A stretch of DNA of 64,000 bases from Octopus sinensis. Lineage: Eukaryota. How positions within the stretch are numbered: the stretch's first letter is position 1; the number at the start of each line of letters is the position of its first letter. Made by a program: the position numbers and the translations under genes. Under the pieces are notes generated by a model that did no database searches, had not been told where the DNA came from, and saw nothing but the letters and a program-made list of their open reading frames with translations. This document shows, in pieces, positions 12,073-25,199 of the stretch. The stretch spans positions 2,232,001 to 2,296,000 of the forward strand of contig NC_043008.1 of assembly GCF_006345805.1 (NCBI RefSeq). The letters are read 5' to 3'.

Positions 12073-13220
12073 TCTATATATACACACATGCATGCATACA
12101 TATGTATGTGCATACACACATATATACAGACATGCATGCTTACATAGGCACATACATGCATATATAAAATGAAACGAAATCCAATTACACAAGCATGAAT
12201 TATCTTGCATGAAATTAGAGAAATATGAACCCAAGATAGACCTTTCGAAATTATAATCTGCATCCACTGCTTATTCTCCAGGTTAATCATGCAGGTGCTT
12301 CTCCACGGTATCCAGTCCCAGAATTGCATTAAATTAATATCCTTATAGGGAGCAAGCTGCTCAATTAAATGCTCCTAAGGATTCTAAGCATGTTAACTTG
12401 CAATCGCTACGCTTAGTGGAGACAAATGAGATCAACGAACGGGTTGATGATGATCACTAACGATGCCGTTGCCCATGGGTGGTGTATTCTCTTCAAAATG
12501 TTGCCAATATTCTCATGAAGAGATTATATTTCAATAAATATCAACGGTCTTCATAAAAAAGTGTCACCAATACAATTAGATACAAACAGCATAATACATA
12601 AACCCAAACACACACACAAGACACACATACACCTACTCAAGATGAAATGGGGAAACTTAGAGATTAATAAGTAAATAAATAGATAAATAAATAGTAAATA
12701 AAGGGCACAGACACAATCAGTATAGAAAGCTAAGCAAGCGCATATATGCAGGCAAAAATCACACATAAACAAGTCATAAAGACGTACAGATACACAAAGG
12801 CGCACACAAGCGGATAAAGGTACAAATCCATGCGCAGATGATGATATTCACCATAGAAAGAGAGAATGGATGAAACAGGTGGGAGAAAAATTTTGCTCAA
12901 GTGTTCACAGGTGTGCGACGAATTATTTCAGTCGACAGAATAAGAGCAATAATAATATACAAGTAAAGAACGGATAGAGAATGGGTGTGTTAATTTGTCA
13001 ATCCAAACATGTGGAAGAAGGGAAGAACTGAAGTCTAAACTATGCAAAGAATGTATGAGAATTAATAAGAATTTAGTCACAATTAAAAAGATAGGAATAT
13101 ATTTGACCATTAGATTTTCCAATTGGAAAAAAATATTTTACAATTAGAAAAAAAGTGAAGTTATGTGATTCTCATTGCATCGAGCCAGAACTACTTCTAA
13201 GAGGCCGCACTCGCAACCAT

Positions 13221-13336
13221 GGGCATATGGCGTAGTGGTTAAGAGCACGGGCTACTAAGCCCAAGATTCCGAGTTCGATTCGAGGCAGTGGCCTGAATAC
13301 TACTACTACTATTACTACTACTACTACTACTACTAC

Positions 13337-13381
<45 letters not shown>

Positions 13382-13586
13382 GAAGAAGAAGAAGAACAAC
13401 AACAACAACAACATCGAAGAATACCTTAGGAATGAGAACCCAGGTTCGAAATTTCCCGAAGACACCTAATGTGGGCTGGTGGGTATATCGGCCGAAACGT
13501 TGTGGTTACAACAAGCAAGATGAGGACAAATATCCGTCAAATGTAAATAATGTACATAACTGCTCATCTCTTAAATATAGAACTGA
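13221..13586 (+). mobile_element. SINE family C, full length
   Basis: tRNA-like head 13221-13293 (A box TGGCGTAGTGG, B box GAGTTCGATTC, anticodon-like loop CT-ACT-AA, no CCA). Compound (TAC)(AAT)(AGA)(ACA) tract at 13298-13413. Tail ends TAAATATAGAACTG. Confidence 0.92.
13461..13505 (+). ncRNA. Degenerate minimal type-I hammerhead ribozyme-like motif in SINE C tail
   Basis: gacac-CTAATGT-g-ggctg[..]cggcc-GAAA-cg-TT-gtg: stem I cac/gtg, stem II 5 bp, core deviating from CUGANGA. Confidence 0.45.
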
Positions 13587-14108
13587 AACAGAAATATAAT
13601 TCTATGAAGGAATCGTGTGATACAATTCTGTCAAAGAACCAATCAATCATTCCTTAAACCAAATCGGGTGTTTCACATGCAAATCACGGCTGTACTTTTA
13701 TTCTATTATGGCTGTAATTACACGCAATACATTAATTTATTGAGATTGTAGGTACAACTGCATGTGTTCATGTGACTTTGATTGTATTTATCAGTTGCTT
13801 TTCTGAACACGATTGGTATTGCCCTCCGCCTACGTCACGCACTTCATCATCTTACGCACTCCTTGTCATAGTTCTCACCATCCTCATCAATGAAACCATC
13901 ATCATCTCATTTACTGATGTCGCAGTCGTCAAGAGTATCATCATTGTAGCGGTAATTATCGCCATCTCATGCAAATGAATAAATAAGCGTGTCACAAAGT
14001 CACAGCATCTTTATTTGCCTCGGCTTTGGTGTTCAAACTTAAGTTACATGTGTGTCTCTGGGTCATGTACAAATATATGCAATAATATGAATAACGTATG
14101 TATATATC

Positions 14109-14152
<44 letters not shown>

Positions 14153-14252
14153 CACATACACACACACATATATATATATATATACGTATGCGTATATAAA
14201 CATGTAAATACGTATACATATACATATATGTACACACGTGCATACACATATA

Positions 14253-14290
<38 letters not shown>

Positions 14291-14997
14291 GATGAAACTA
14301 CGTGAGTAGTTGAAAGCGCTAATATGAAGTAATATTATATGTAAATAAATAAATATTTTTAGAACCATCCAGCATTCGGAACATCTTTTTTCTTTCGTAT
14401 ATATTAAATCTGTACATCACCCCCAATACTTCTAACATATATATATATATATATATACATGAAGGTGTGTGTGTGCATATGTGTGTGTGCATGTGTGTGA
14501 GTGTGTGTGTGTGCTTGCCTCCGCAAATAAGAGAGCGTATTTTTACAGTTCTTGGGGACTCACCACCTCACCGTTCACAGAAGGAATACACTTTGTTCTT
14601 AATAATATCTAGATTTATGACGGTTGCGATATCCTAATCATTACATGAGAAACCCGAGGATGTGATTAAGAAACCCGTATGAAATTTATATAAATATTGA
14701 TAAAAGTACATTTAATTAGAATTTTTGATATGAAAATAACATCCATTTACTTCTATATTGCATTAATGACAATCAACTCTTGAGATACATCTAGTTTAAT
14801 CACAGAAACACGTGATTAAATTACAATGTGAAAATCGGTGTCCTTGAATAGGAAAATTCATTAATATTTCCTGAAAACATAACTGATGTAAATCACTTGT
14901 TTTCGTAAACACTTTTAACTGAAGGAGATATTTCGTGTTCCAAAACAGCGAGGCATCCTCATCCACATTCACAGACGTACACACAACTATATAAGAG

Positions 14998-15335
14998 TTA
15001 AGGAATTGAGCAGATAGGATCCGGGTTACATAAATTTCATAGCGAACGGAACCTCAGAAGAGGTGAATATCCGGGTGAGTTATATACCGCAGGCTATTCT
15101 TCATGCCAAAGATACCTTGATTAAATAAAAGTTTACATTATCTATGAGAAGTACTATGAATGTTCCACATGTCAAAATGTACCTATTTGCAACACTGTAA
15201 ACTTCCTTTTAATCAAGATATACTTGGCCTGAAGAGTAGTCTGCGGTATACACCTAACTTGGATAATTACCACCTGTGAGGTTCCACTCGCTATGAAACA
15301 TATGTAGCCCATTTCATATCTACTCCAGTCCTTAA
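14998..15335. mobile_element. Non-autonomous foldback element with TTAA TSD and GG..CC termini (Kolobok-like)
   Basis: Ungapped 143-bp inverted arms 14995-15137 and 15196-15338 (31 mismatches, ~78% identity), 58-bp spacer, TTAA at 14998-15001 and 15332-15335. Confidence 0.6.
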
Positions 15336-15454
15336 CTCTGCTGTACTAATCCCCATAACCAGGCATCCCTGGTTGCCTACTCTGAAATATAATTTGTTTA
15401 TTTTTTCAATTTATCCGCCTCAATAAATCCCTATTGTCTCTTACAATAATATAA

Positions 15455-15706
<252 letters not shown>

Positions 15707-16003
15707 CAATGGGTGAATGACTTATCCTATGTTTACCGTTAACATGTAAAATTCAATGAACCGTTACCAGGGTAACAAATTCACGTCAGAAACACGGTTG
15801 AAGCGACCTATCCAAAGGTAGAGACTCCGGGTTAATGTCCAGTAATTTGTGTGTTATAATTGAATAAATAAATAAATGGAGTTGAACGAAGATGTTAATA
15901 AAATTATTTTACCTCCGACATATGTTTCGAAGAAAACATGGTTTATTCCAAAGGCATAATCTGTGTAAAATGCAATCATCTCATCAGGAAAGAAAGAGAG
16001 CCT

Positions 16004-16055
<52 letters not shown>

Positions 16056-17407
16056 TATATTTAGAGACTCTAGTGCAAACGCCACGACACCGAACCGGAA
16101 GTATTTGCATTTGAGTTTATCATAAATTTTCTTGAATTATTTAATGGCTGCACTGATATGTAGATATGGTAGACCTTCTCGTCGAAGACAACATGTAAAC
16201 CTCCAGTTGTTGTACTACGACCTACTCAACATAATTGTTTTGTTTAGCGTGATGAAATCTTCGTGCTACACGTAAACACTCTCCCCCCATCTAATCGGCT
16301 TTGTCACAAACCACGATATATATATATATATATACGCTCATATACACACACAAATGTAGAGATATACATAGAATAAGACCGAGAGAGATAAATAGGCAGT
16401 TAGATGTATGTGTGTGTGTGTGTGTGAGTGTATTTGCATACGTGAATACACAAAAGTATGCGTTGTCTTATCCATTCGTGCATTCGGTGAAATAGCCTTC
16501 CAAATAATAAAATACGCAAGTGACAGTGATTAATGCCAATACATTGATGTCCCTGTCAATAGGAACCAAATGTAAAATAAATACACTTTTTCCCCTTTCA
16601 AATACTGAATTCCATGACGTTAAACCATCAATTCTAAATTCATTGTTCCTAAGCTTAACCCTCTTCAAGAAGATAATTTCCCAAAATATAAATATAGCAT
16701 TAACTTAATCCTCACTGCATGTATGGCCGTGTTGTAAAATATCACGCATAACGAAAACTTAAATGTTTCTCCTACAACACAGTTATTTAATATTAGACTT
16801 TTGCCCTGATTTCTTGGGTCTGCGACACACTTTGTGATTCCGCTTCCATAAGTGCCAAGTGTGTGGTTGTAGTGTGATATTACGATTGCGCGTTTCGATT
16901 TGAATTGATATCCTTTTAAACTCAATGCAGAATCATTGGGAAACGCTTCTTGTTTGATTAGAATACACGTTGCACATTCAAATCGTCCAGTTTCTGTCAT
17001 TCATATATCCAATTATAATATGTATATGTATATATATATATATATATATATAAATTGAGGGAGATAAATTAATATTAATTTTAATATCAATTTAAAACCA
17101 GTAGTCCAGCATTCAAAAAATCTGAGGAGTCAGAGAAAATTCAAATATATGTGTATATTGGCAGGGCTGGCCTGCTAGGTAGCCGGCCAGAATGCTAGAA
17201 AAAGATCATCAACGATCAAACTACAAGGGAAATTCTCTAGAGGAAGAATTCAGCGAACACCAGAACCAACTTTGGCGGGCAGGACATAAGAAAAATTAAA
17301 TAAATAACAGACTTAAATGCATACCTCGTTTCGGTCTTAACAAAAGAATTACTTGCATAATTCAAGTGTCCGTGACTTCATCAGTACATTCGGTCCACAC
17401 ACACACA

Positions 17408-17438
<31 letters not shown>

Positions 17439-17457
17439 CACCACACACACAATATAT

Positions 17458-17511
<54 letters not shown>

Positions 17512-17617
17512 TATTATATATATATATGCGTTCAATGAAATTAACGATCAACATCACATTATTTGTAGAACTTTAGTAGTCATATTTAGTGAATTATACG
17601 CTCTTGTATATATATAA

Positions 17618-17717
17618 TACATAGCCTTATATGTATATATATATACATATTTACGTATATATATCAGCATCCTAGTCCTTCAATATATATAAGTATTTAT
17701 CTATGTATCTATATATA

Positions 17718-17769
<52 letters not shown>

Positions 17770-17804
17770 CATCCGTCTCTCTCTCTATCTATCAATCTAT
17801 CTCT

Positions 17805-17839
<35 letters not shown>

Positions 17840-18038
17840 CCCATCTATCTATCCAGAAATATGTGTCTGTGTCTGTACAACGTGGTCTTAGATTGAAAGG
17901 GAGAATGGATATTTAATACCTTACGAAAATATCTGAGATATATGTATGTTGTTGGGGTGGATGTTTTTAAAGAAACCCCTTCAACCTCCGGGATCCATGT
18001 TCCGGGATGAGCCTGTATTATGGCAAGAAACTGAAAAG
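17618..18038 (+). repeat. Duplicated block A1 (copy of 21039-21458), including (TATC)n, (CT)n and a truncated old LINE end
   Basis: Near-identical to 21039-21458 at offset ~3420, with 2 substitutions in the unique part. Confidence 0.93.
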
Positions 18039-18093
18039 TGTTATAAAAGTACACACACCTATGCTCTCTTTTGCACATCTATCAGGGCATGTG

Positions 18094-18184
<91 letters not shown>

Positions 18185-18224
18185 TATATACATATATTAT
18201 ATATACACATATATATATATATAC

Positions 18225-18281
<57 letters not shown>

Positions 18282-18317
18282 ATTATATATATATTATGTG
18301 TTGTTGTTTGTTTGTTT

Positions 18318-18763
18318 TAGGAATGGTCATGTTGCCAGTTTAGCTCATAAAAACACACGCCGTAATATATTGGGTGTTAGTTTGCTTCAGCTTTCTTTAT
18401 TCTTTACATTAATCTAATCTTATTTCGGCCAGAGTTCCTTCGTCACATTTCTTGACCTCATCAATGGTCCTTTGCTTTCTTCTTTCTTATTTTCTCCTTA
18501 CTGACTTTCAGCCATTTTTCAGTCATCAAGAATCTTGCAAAACAAATATATAAACGTACGCTCTAATAGACCGTTAGCTCCTACACGCAGTTTTTTCTCT
18601 CCTTGTTTATTTTCTGTGTATCTTTCTGTCGAAGAGCGTAGGCTCGAAACGTAAAGGACTTGTTCTATTTCTATTCCTGAACGCCATAATAATACATTTG
18701 TTTGTTTGTACTCCACCTGCCTTCGTCTTTTGTTTATTTTCGTAAACCTTCCCGTTATATATA
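18318..18763 (+). mobile_element. Non-autonomous Penelope-derived element (copy in B1)
   Basis: Contains a hammerhead-like motif at 18621-18658 and ends in cccgttatatata. Confidence 0.55.
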
Positions 18764-19488
18764 GTGCACATTGCCAGGATGGCGACCAAAGTGCAGACGA
18801 CTGAATGGGTGGATCCTAAGAACATTCAGAACCAGAGATAAGGAACCATGATGGTCCTCTGGCGGACATTCGTCCTCAGCCGCCATGGATTACTGCTCAC
18901 AGCTACGGTCACCCACCAGTGTGAAATTAACTGCAGACCTTGAAGCAATCCAGAGAAGATTCACAAAGAAGATCGTCTCTTTGCAACAACTCAGCTACTG
19001 GAAAGGTTGAGTTGAAACAGCTAAGACTCTACTTCCCGGAGAGAAGACGGGTGAGGTATGCAGTAATAATGTCTGTGAAAGATCCTGGAAGAAATGTGCC
19101 AAATTTTGGCATTGTAAGCTACACCAATGCTAGACGAGAAGACACTGATTAGTGCCAAAGATCCCAGCAATGCCATCACGCTTCAGGACCAGCTTCTGCA
19201 ACAACCTGGGTTTCAGGGGCCCACAGCTTTTTAATATTCTCTGAAAGAGTCTGAGGAACTTGCACAAAGTAGATGTAGCGGTTTTTAAATGAAAGCTGGA
19301 CATCTTCCAGTCGAGAGTCCCAGATGAACCTACCTCACGGCAAGAGGTGCAAATGAGAGTAGCTATATCAAACTCGATTCTTCACCAAGTACCACATATT
19401 AGACGAGGTACTTCGCAATAACATTTTAGCACAAAACGGCGGTGCATCAGATAGGCTGCAGCTCTGAGCTGAAACCAGAGAAAAAAAA
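18764..19488 (+). pseudogene. CR1/L2-type LINE RT C-terminus and 3' tail (frameshifted copy in B1)
   Basis: Homologous to 20188-20908; ends ctgaaaccagag(A)8. Confidence 0.85.
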
Positions 19489-19520
19489 TATATCTATATA
19501 CATGCTATATAATATATATG

Positions 19521-19606
<86 letters not shown>

Positions 19607-19646
19607 TATATACATATATTATATATACACATATATATATATATAC

Positions 19647-19703
<57 letters not shown>

Positions 19704-19850
19704 ATTATATATATATTATGTGTTGTTGTTTGTTTGTTTTAGGAATGGTCATGTTGCCAGTTTAGCTCATAAAAACACACGCCGTAATATATTGGGTGTT
19801 AGTTTGCTTCAGCTTTCTTTATTCTTTACATTAATCTTAATCTTATTTCG

Positions 19851-19894
19851 GCCAGAGTTCCTTCGTCACATTTCTGTGACCTCATCAATGGTCC
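19851..19894 (-). ncRNA. Degenerate hammerhead-like motif
   Basis: cca-TTGATGA-g-GTCACA-GAAA-TGTGAC-GAAG-gaacTC-tgg: perfect 6-bp stem II with GNRA loop; core has C3U and A15.1G changes. Confidence 0.4.
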
Positions 19895-20044
19895 TTTGCT
19901 TTCTTCTTTCTTATTTTCTCCTTACTGACTTTCAGCCATTTTTCAGTCATCAAGAATCTTGCAAAACAAATATATAAACGTACGCTCTAATAGACCGTTA
20001 GCTCCTACACGCAGTTTTTTCTCTCCTTGTTTATTTTCTGTGTA

Positions 20045-20082
20045 TCTTTCTGTCGAAGAGCGTAGGCTCGAAACGTAAAGGA
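20045..20082 (+). ncRNA. Minimal type-I hammerhead-like motif (identical copy at 18621-18658)
   Basis: tcttt-CTGTCGA-a-GAGC-gtag-GCTC-GAAA-CG-TA-aagga: stem I 5 bp, stem II 4 bp, palindromic ACGT stem III, GUA cleavage triplet; A6 replaced by U. Confidence 0.55.
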
Positions 20083-20187
20083 CTTGTTCTATTTCTATTC
20101 CTGAACGCCATAATAATACATTTGTTTGTTTGTACTCCACCTGCCTTCGTCTTTTGTTTATTTTCGTAAACCTTCCCGTTATATATA

Positions 20188-20908
20188 GTGCACATTGCCA
20201 GGATGGCGACAAAGTGCAGACGACTGAATGGGTGGATCCTAAGAACATTCAGAACCAGAGATAAGGAAACCATGATGGTCCTCTGGCGGACATTCGTCCT
20301 CAGCCGCCTGGATTACTGCTCACAGCTACGGTCACCCACCAGTGTGAAATTAACTGCAGACCTTGAAGCAATCCAGAGAAGATTCACAAAGAAGATCGTC
20401 TCTTTGCAACAACTCAGCTACTGGGAAAGGTTGAAACAGCTAAGACTCTACTTCCCGGAGAGAAGACGGGTGAGGTATGCAGTAATATATGTCTGAAAGA
20501 TCCTGGAAGAAATTGTGCCAAATTTTGGCATTGTAAGCTACACCAATGCTAGAACGAGACGACACTGATTAGTGCCAAAGATCCCAGCAATGCCATCACG
20601 CTTCAGGACCAGCTTCTGCAACAACCTGGGTTTCAGGGGCCCACAGCTTTTTAATATTCTCTGAAAGAGTCTGAGGAACTTGCACAAAGTAGATGTAGCG
20701 GTTTTTAAATGAAAGCTGGACATCTTCCAGTCGAAAGTCCCAGATGAACCTACCTCACGGCAAGAGGTGCAAATGAGAGTAGCTATATCAAACTCGATTC
20801 TTCACCAAGTACCACATATTAGACGAGGTACTTCGCAATAACATTTTAGCACAAAACGGCGGTGCATCAGATAGGCTGCAGCTCTGAGCTGAAACCAGAG
20901 AAAAAAAA
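20188..20908 (+). pseudogene. CR1/L2-type non-LTR retrotransposon, 5'-truncated (RT C-terminal region + 3' UTR + poly-A)
   Basis: ORF 20188..20496 (GWILRTFRTRDKETMMVLWRTFVLSRLDYCSQL..LEAIQRRFTKKI..SYWERLKQLRLY) continues through stops as FCNNLGFRGPQLFNIL..KVPDEP; A-rich end at 20900-20908. Confidence 0.9.
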
Positions 20909-20925
20909 TTATCTATATCATGCAT

Positions 20926-21018
<93 letters not shown>

Positions 21019-21128
21019 ATATATATATATATATGTTGTACATAGCCTTATATGTATATATATATACACATATTTACGTATATATATCAGCATCCTAGTC
21101 CTTCAATATATATAAGTATTTATCTATG

Positions 21129-21177
<49 letters not shown>

Positions 21178-21178
21178 C

Positions 21179-21214
<36 letters not shown>

Positions 21215-21224
21215 ATCTATCTCT

Positions 21225-21261
<37 letters not shown>

Positions 21262-21294
21262 CATCTATCTATCCAGAAATATGTGTCTGTGTCT

Positions 21295-21583
21295 GTACAA
21301 CGTGGTCTTAGATTGAATGGGAGAATGGATATTTAATACCTTACGAAAATATCTGAGATATATGTATGTTGTTGGGGTGGATGTTTTTAAAGAAACCCCT
21401 TCAACCTCCGGGATCCATGTTCCGGGATGAGCCTGTTTTATGGCAAGAAACTGAAAAGGAGGCAGCAACATAAAACCTCCTGCCTCACTAAAAGTCAATG
21501 AGATAAAAATGTCCATTGAAAAGGCGACAATACTAGCGGTGCCCCAGCTTGACCGCGGTATTATCTACCTGAAATATGAAAAA
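21295..21583 (+). mobile_element. Older 3' fragment of the same CR1/L2-type LINE family
   Basis: Translates roughly IFNTLRKYLRYM..DVFKE...VPDEP...EAAT*NLL, parallel to LFNIL.KSLRNL..VFK..KVPDEP..VAISNSIL. Followed by the tail gcggtgccccagcttgaccgcgg..ctgaaa at 21536-21576. Confidence 0.65.
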
Positions 21584-21670
21584 TAACGAACCATATATAT
21601 GTATTGGACTGAAATGTAAAATATAACGAATACATATATATATGTATATATATATATATATATATATACG

Positions 21671-21720
<50 letters not shown>

Positions 21721-23156
21721 TATATATATAATATATACATATAAATGTTTACATATGTGTGTGATGGCGTTTATGTATGTAACTAACATACACGTAATCA
21801 AATACAACTAAATCTACTTATAAGATTCTTGTGTGTGTGAGTGTGTGTGTGCGCGCTTGTGTAGGTGTGTACGTGTATATAAATACATTCATTGAATGCA
21901 TACGTGCGTAATTTTGCACACGTGCATAGACAAAATAAAATAATACATAGATGTGCTGCAAAAAATCGGCAACATTTCTAAAGGGATAAAATTTCAAATA
22001 TTATTTCCTAGATGTACATTCATTTTTCTTTTCTGGATTTTCTCCCTTGTTCATTCAATATCGATGTCATTGCCAAGCAGTATCTTGTCAGAAATTGCTT
22101 GTACAATCGTTAGAAGATTCTTTTTGGGCCTGGCAACACCTGGCATGTAACATTTCCAAAGCCATAAATCTAGAGTTCTTCTCCTTTTAGAATTTTGTGA
22201 ATTGATGTGCAGGCACGCGCATATATATGTACACATCATTACATCCCTATGTATGTGCATATTATGTCTGCACACCAAATACACACTCACACACACGCCA
22301 AGTTGCAGACATAAATATTATATGTGTGTGCATGTTTGTGTATATGTGTGTGTGTGAGTTTGTGCATGTAACTATCTTTGCTCCGATATCTACGCATATC
22401 TATATGTGTGTACACTCAGAGAATCCTGTTTCATGTGAAAATAACTGATATTTTGAAACACATTAACACTCTCTGCTTTCACCTACATATTGTTATTACT
22501 TTTATAACTTGGAGAAGTTACTGACATCTGTTTAACACTTTAAAAATAGTAAAAGCCATTCACATCATACTGGCATATGAAATAAACATAAAATGGAGGA
22601 AAATATATCTGAAGACTTTCTTTCAAATCTCTTATTTGTTTACTGTCAGATATTTGTATGATGCCTGTCATGTGACTCAGACAAGCAATGAAATTGAAAT
22701 GTACAACGTTAATATCATAATTCATATCATTTTAACGTAGCTCAAAGAAATGAAGAAAAAATATGTAAAAGTTTGTGAATAGTTTGGATTCGCCTTCATT
22801 GAATGAGAAACGTTATATCATAGACATATCACTACAGTATATCTCAAAATATATTGATTAAAACTGGAAATAGTAGGTTATGCACTACTTGCCGATCAAT
22901 GTTTACATGTTCTCCGGTAGATATTATATTCACACAGAGACTAGAATCATTCAATTGTATTTCTTTATAATTATAACTGAAAAGCTCTACCCCCAACTCT
23001 AGCACTCTGCTATAAAACATTCATTGGAATAATGAATTCAATTTCGAGATTGTTTTCATTTTTTGTAACTTTAACATTAAGACACAATTGCAAATTCATC
23101 AACCTGTATCATGGAAAAGAAATGAAATCACTTTAGAATGATAGTTGTCTTTCTCC

Positions 23157-23190
<34 letters not shown>

Positions 23191-23255
23191 GTTGTCTTCT
23201 CTCCGTCTATCTCACTGTCACTCTTTCTCTCTCTTCTTTGATATATATATGACGA

Positions 23256-23302
<47 letters not shown>

Positions 23303-23339
23303 TATATATTATATTATTCTTTTTATTCTTCATTAGCGT

Positions 23340-23560
23340 CAGTCACTTGACTGCAGCCACACTGCACTACTGCATTTTAGTCGAACAAATCGATCCCAGG
23401 ACTTATTCTTTGTAAGCCTAGTACTTATTCCATCGGTCTCTTTTGCTGAATCACTACGTTAGGGGACAAACACACACACACACACACCACATATATGTAT
23501 ATATATACGGCGGGCTTCTCTCAGTTTCCGTCTACCAAATCCATTCACAAGGCTTAACCG
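23340..23560 (-). mobile_element. SINE family A, 5'-truncated
   Basis: Reverse-complement homology to the 3' two-thirds of 6163-6555. Confidence 0.85.
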
Positions 23561-23639
23561 GCTATATATTATGGCCAAAGTTCCATCATATCAAAATATC
23601 AGGTTCAAGATTTGGCACAAGGCCAGTAATTAGGGGGCA

Positions 23640-23810
23640 GCGGTTAATTCGTTTAAATCGACCCAGTGTTCAGCTGGTACATATTTAAACTACCCGGAAA
23701 GAATGAAATGGGAAGATGATCTCGGGGAAATGCGAATTCAGTTCCTAAGGAGGGACGAGATGGCGCTAAGCTATTTGCCCGTCGTGCTAACGATTGTGTC
23801 AGCTCAGCTC
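23640..23810 (-). mobile_element. SINE family B, diverged
   Basis: aatcgacccagtg..ctggtac..gcccgtcgtgctaacg matches the 7653-7884 pattern. Confidence 0.7.
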
Positions 23811-24761
23811 GCGTTGTAATCATATCGAAAACCATCAACAAAAGTCTATTACTATAAAGATATCGTACAGGTATTATCTACACACGTCTTTCGATATTCG
23901 ACGGTATGATGTTAGAGGAACCTGGATGAGAGTGTATTTGTTCCGTAAAACGTGAACTGAGAACTAAAGAAAATTAAAAATCTTCTCCAAAATATCTTAC
24001 TTATTCTTACATAAAACAACCAAAGTACGTGCAGAGAATATTTAACAGAATCTAGCAAAAACTTCTACGCATGGCACTTCTTCATTTTAACCTCGTCTTT
24101 AAAATTACCTGCGTTACGATATACTGAAGAGGAACTGCTTATCTAACCCAAACTTTCTAAGTTCATTGTCTATATAATATTCTAAGTAGATTAATGTAGC
24201 TACATAATATAAATGGAGATAGCGAGCCTGCATATTCACAACCAGTCATCTGAATTTATACAATACACCTCATTGATCTTTCCGAAATAGTTGCCTCACT
24301 ATATTAATTATCTATTTGGAGTCAATTATGTCAATAAACAGATATTCAAATGCAAGTATCCATAGTCATGCAGGCGACACCAGCTCTATTAGTGTGTATT
24401 TGCACGAATGACTTATTGAACTGCAATTCACTTGTAATAGCATTGGGCGTAATTTCATTCAAGGTCTTCAGACCATCTCCAACTTTCATTAGGAAATGAA
24501 GAAACACAACAATAGCATCTGGTTGTGGTCAGTATAAACTACTGCCTGGTGTGGGTCTTGTCTTCCAGTGACTTTAGTTAGTTAAGTTAGTTAGTTAGTT
24601 CCATGTTCGTTCCCACTATGTAACAATTTAACTTGCATTATAATCCCGCGGCAGCTGAAGGTTATTAGTGGATTTGGTGAGCAGAAGCCGAATGAATTCT
24701 GGCGCGCGCGTGCGTCAGTGTATGCTTATTTGCGCGTGCGCAAATGTGGATAATATATATA

Positions 24762-24800
<39 letters not shown>

Positions 24801-24805
24801 CGTAT

Positions 24806-25199
24806 ACCACATGGTTCCGGGTTCAGTCCCATTGCGTGGCATCTTGGGCAAGTGTCTTCTGCTATAGCCTCGGGCCGACCAATGCCTTGTGAGTGGATTT
24901 GGTAGAAGGAAACTGAGAGAAGCCTGTCGTATATATGTATATATATATATATATATTATATATATATATATCTGTGTATGTGTGTGTGTTTGTGTGTGTG
25001 TTTGTCCCCCTAGCATTGCAACCGACGCTGATGTGTTTACGTCCCCGTCACTTAGCTGTTCGGCAAAAGAGACCGATAGAATAAGTACTGGGCTTACAAA
25101 GAATAAGTCCCGGGGTCGATTTGCTCGACTAAAGGCGGTGATCCAGCATGGCCGCAGTCAAATGACTGAAACAAGTAAAAGAGTAAAAGAGTAAAAGAT
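24806..25199 (+). mobile_element. SINE family A, slightly 5'-truncated
   Basis: accacatggttccgggttcagtccc through (gagtaaaa)2 tail; high similarity to 6163-6555. Confidence 0.92.

Larger units (their letters stand above)
18098..19494 (+). repeat. Tandem duplicate B1 (unit ~1.42 kb; B2 = ~19510-20917)
   Basis: Same interrupted (TA)n tract followed by the same 1.2-kb sequence at offset 1422; differences are mostly 1-4 bp indels. Confidence 0.95.
19740..20187 (+). mobile_element. Non-autonomous Penelope-derived element with two opposed hammerhead-like motifs (copy in B2)
   Basis: Minus-strand motif at 19851-19894, plus-strand motif at 20045-20082; flanked by TA tracts. Confidence 0.55.

Noticed and set aside
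13221-13293. Possible functional tRNA gene (ACT anticodon)
   Set aside because: Imperfect acceptor stem, no terminator, and it is attached to a repeat body found in other copies, so it is a SINE head.
13172-13465. Minus-strand ORF with poly-Leu/Val resembling a signal or transmembrane peptide
   Set aside because: It is the antisense reading of the SINE C triplet tract.
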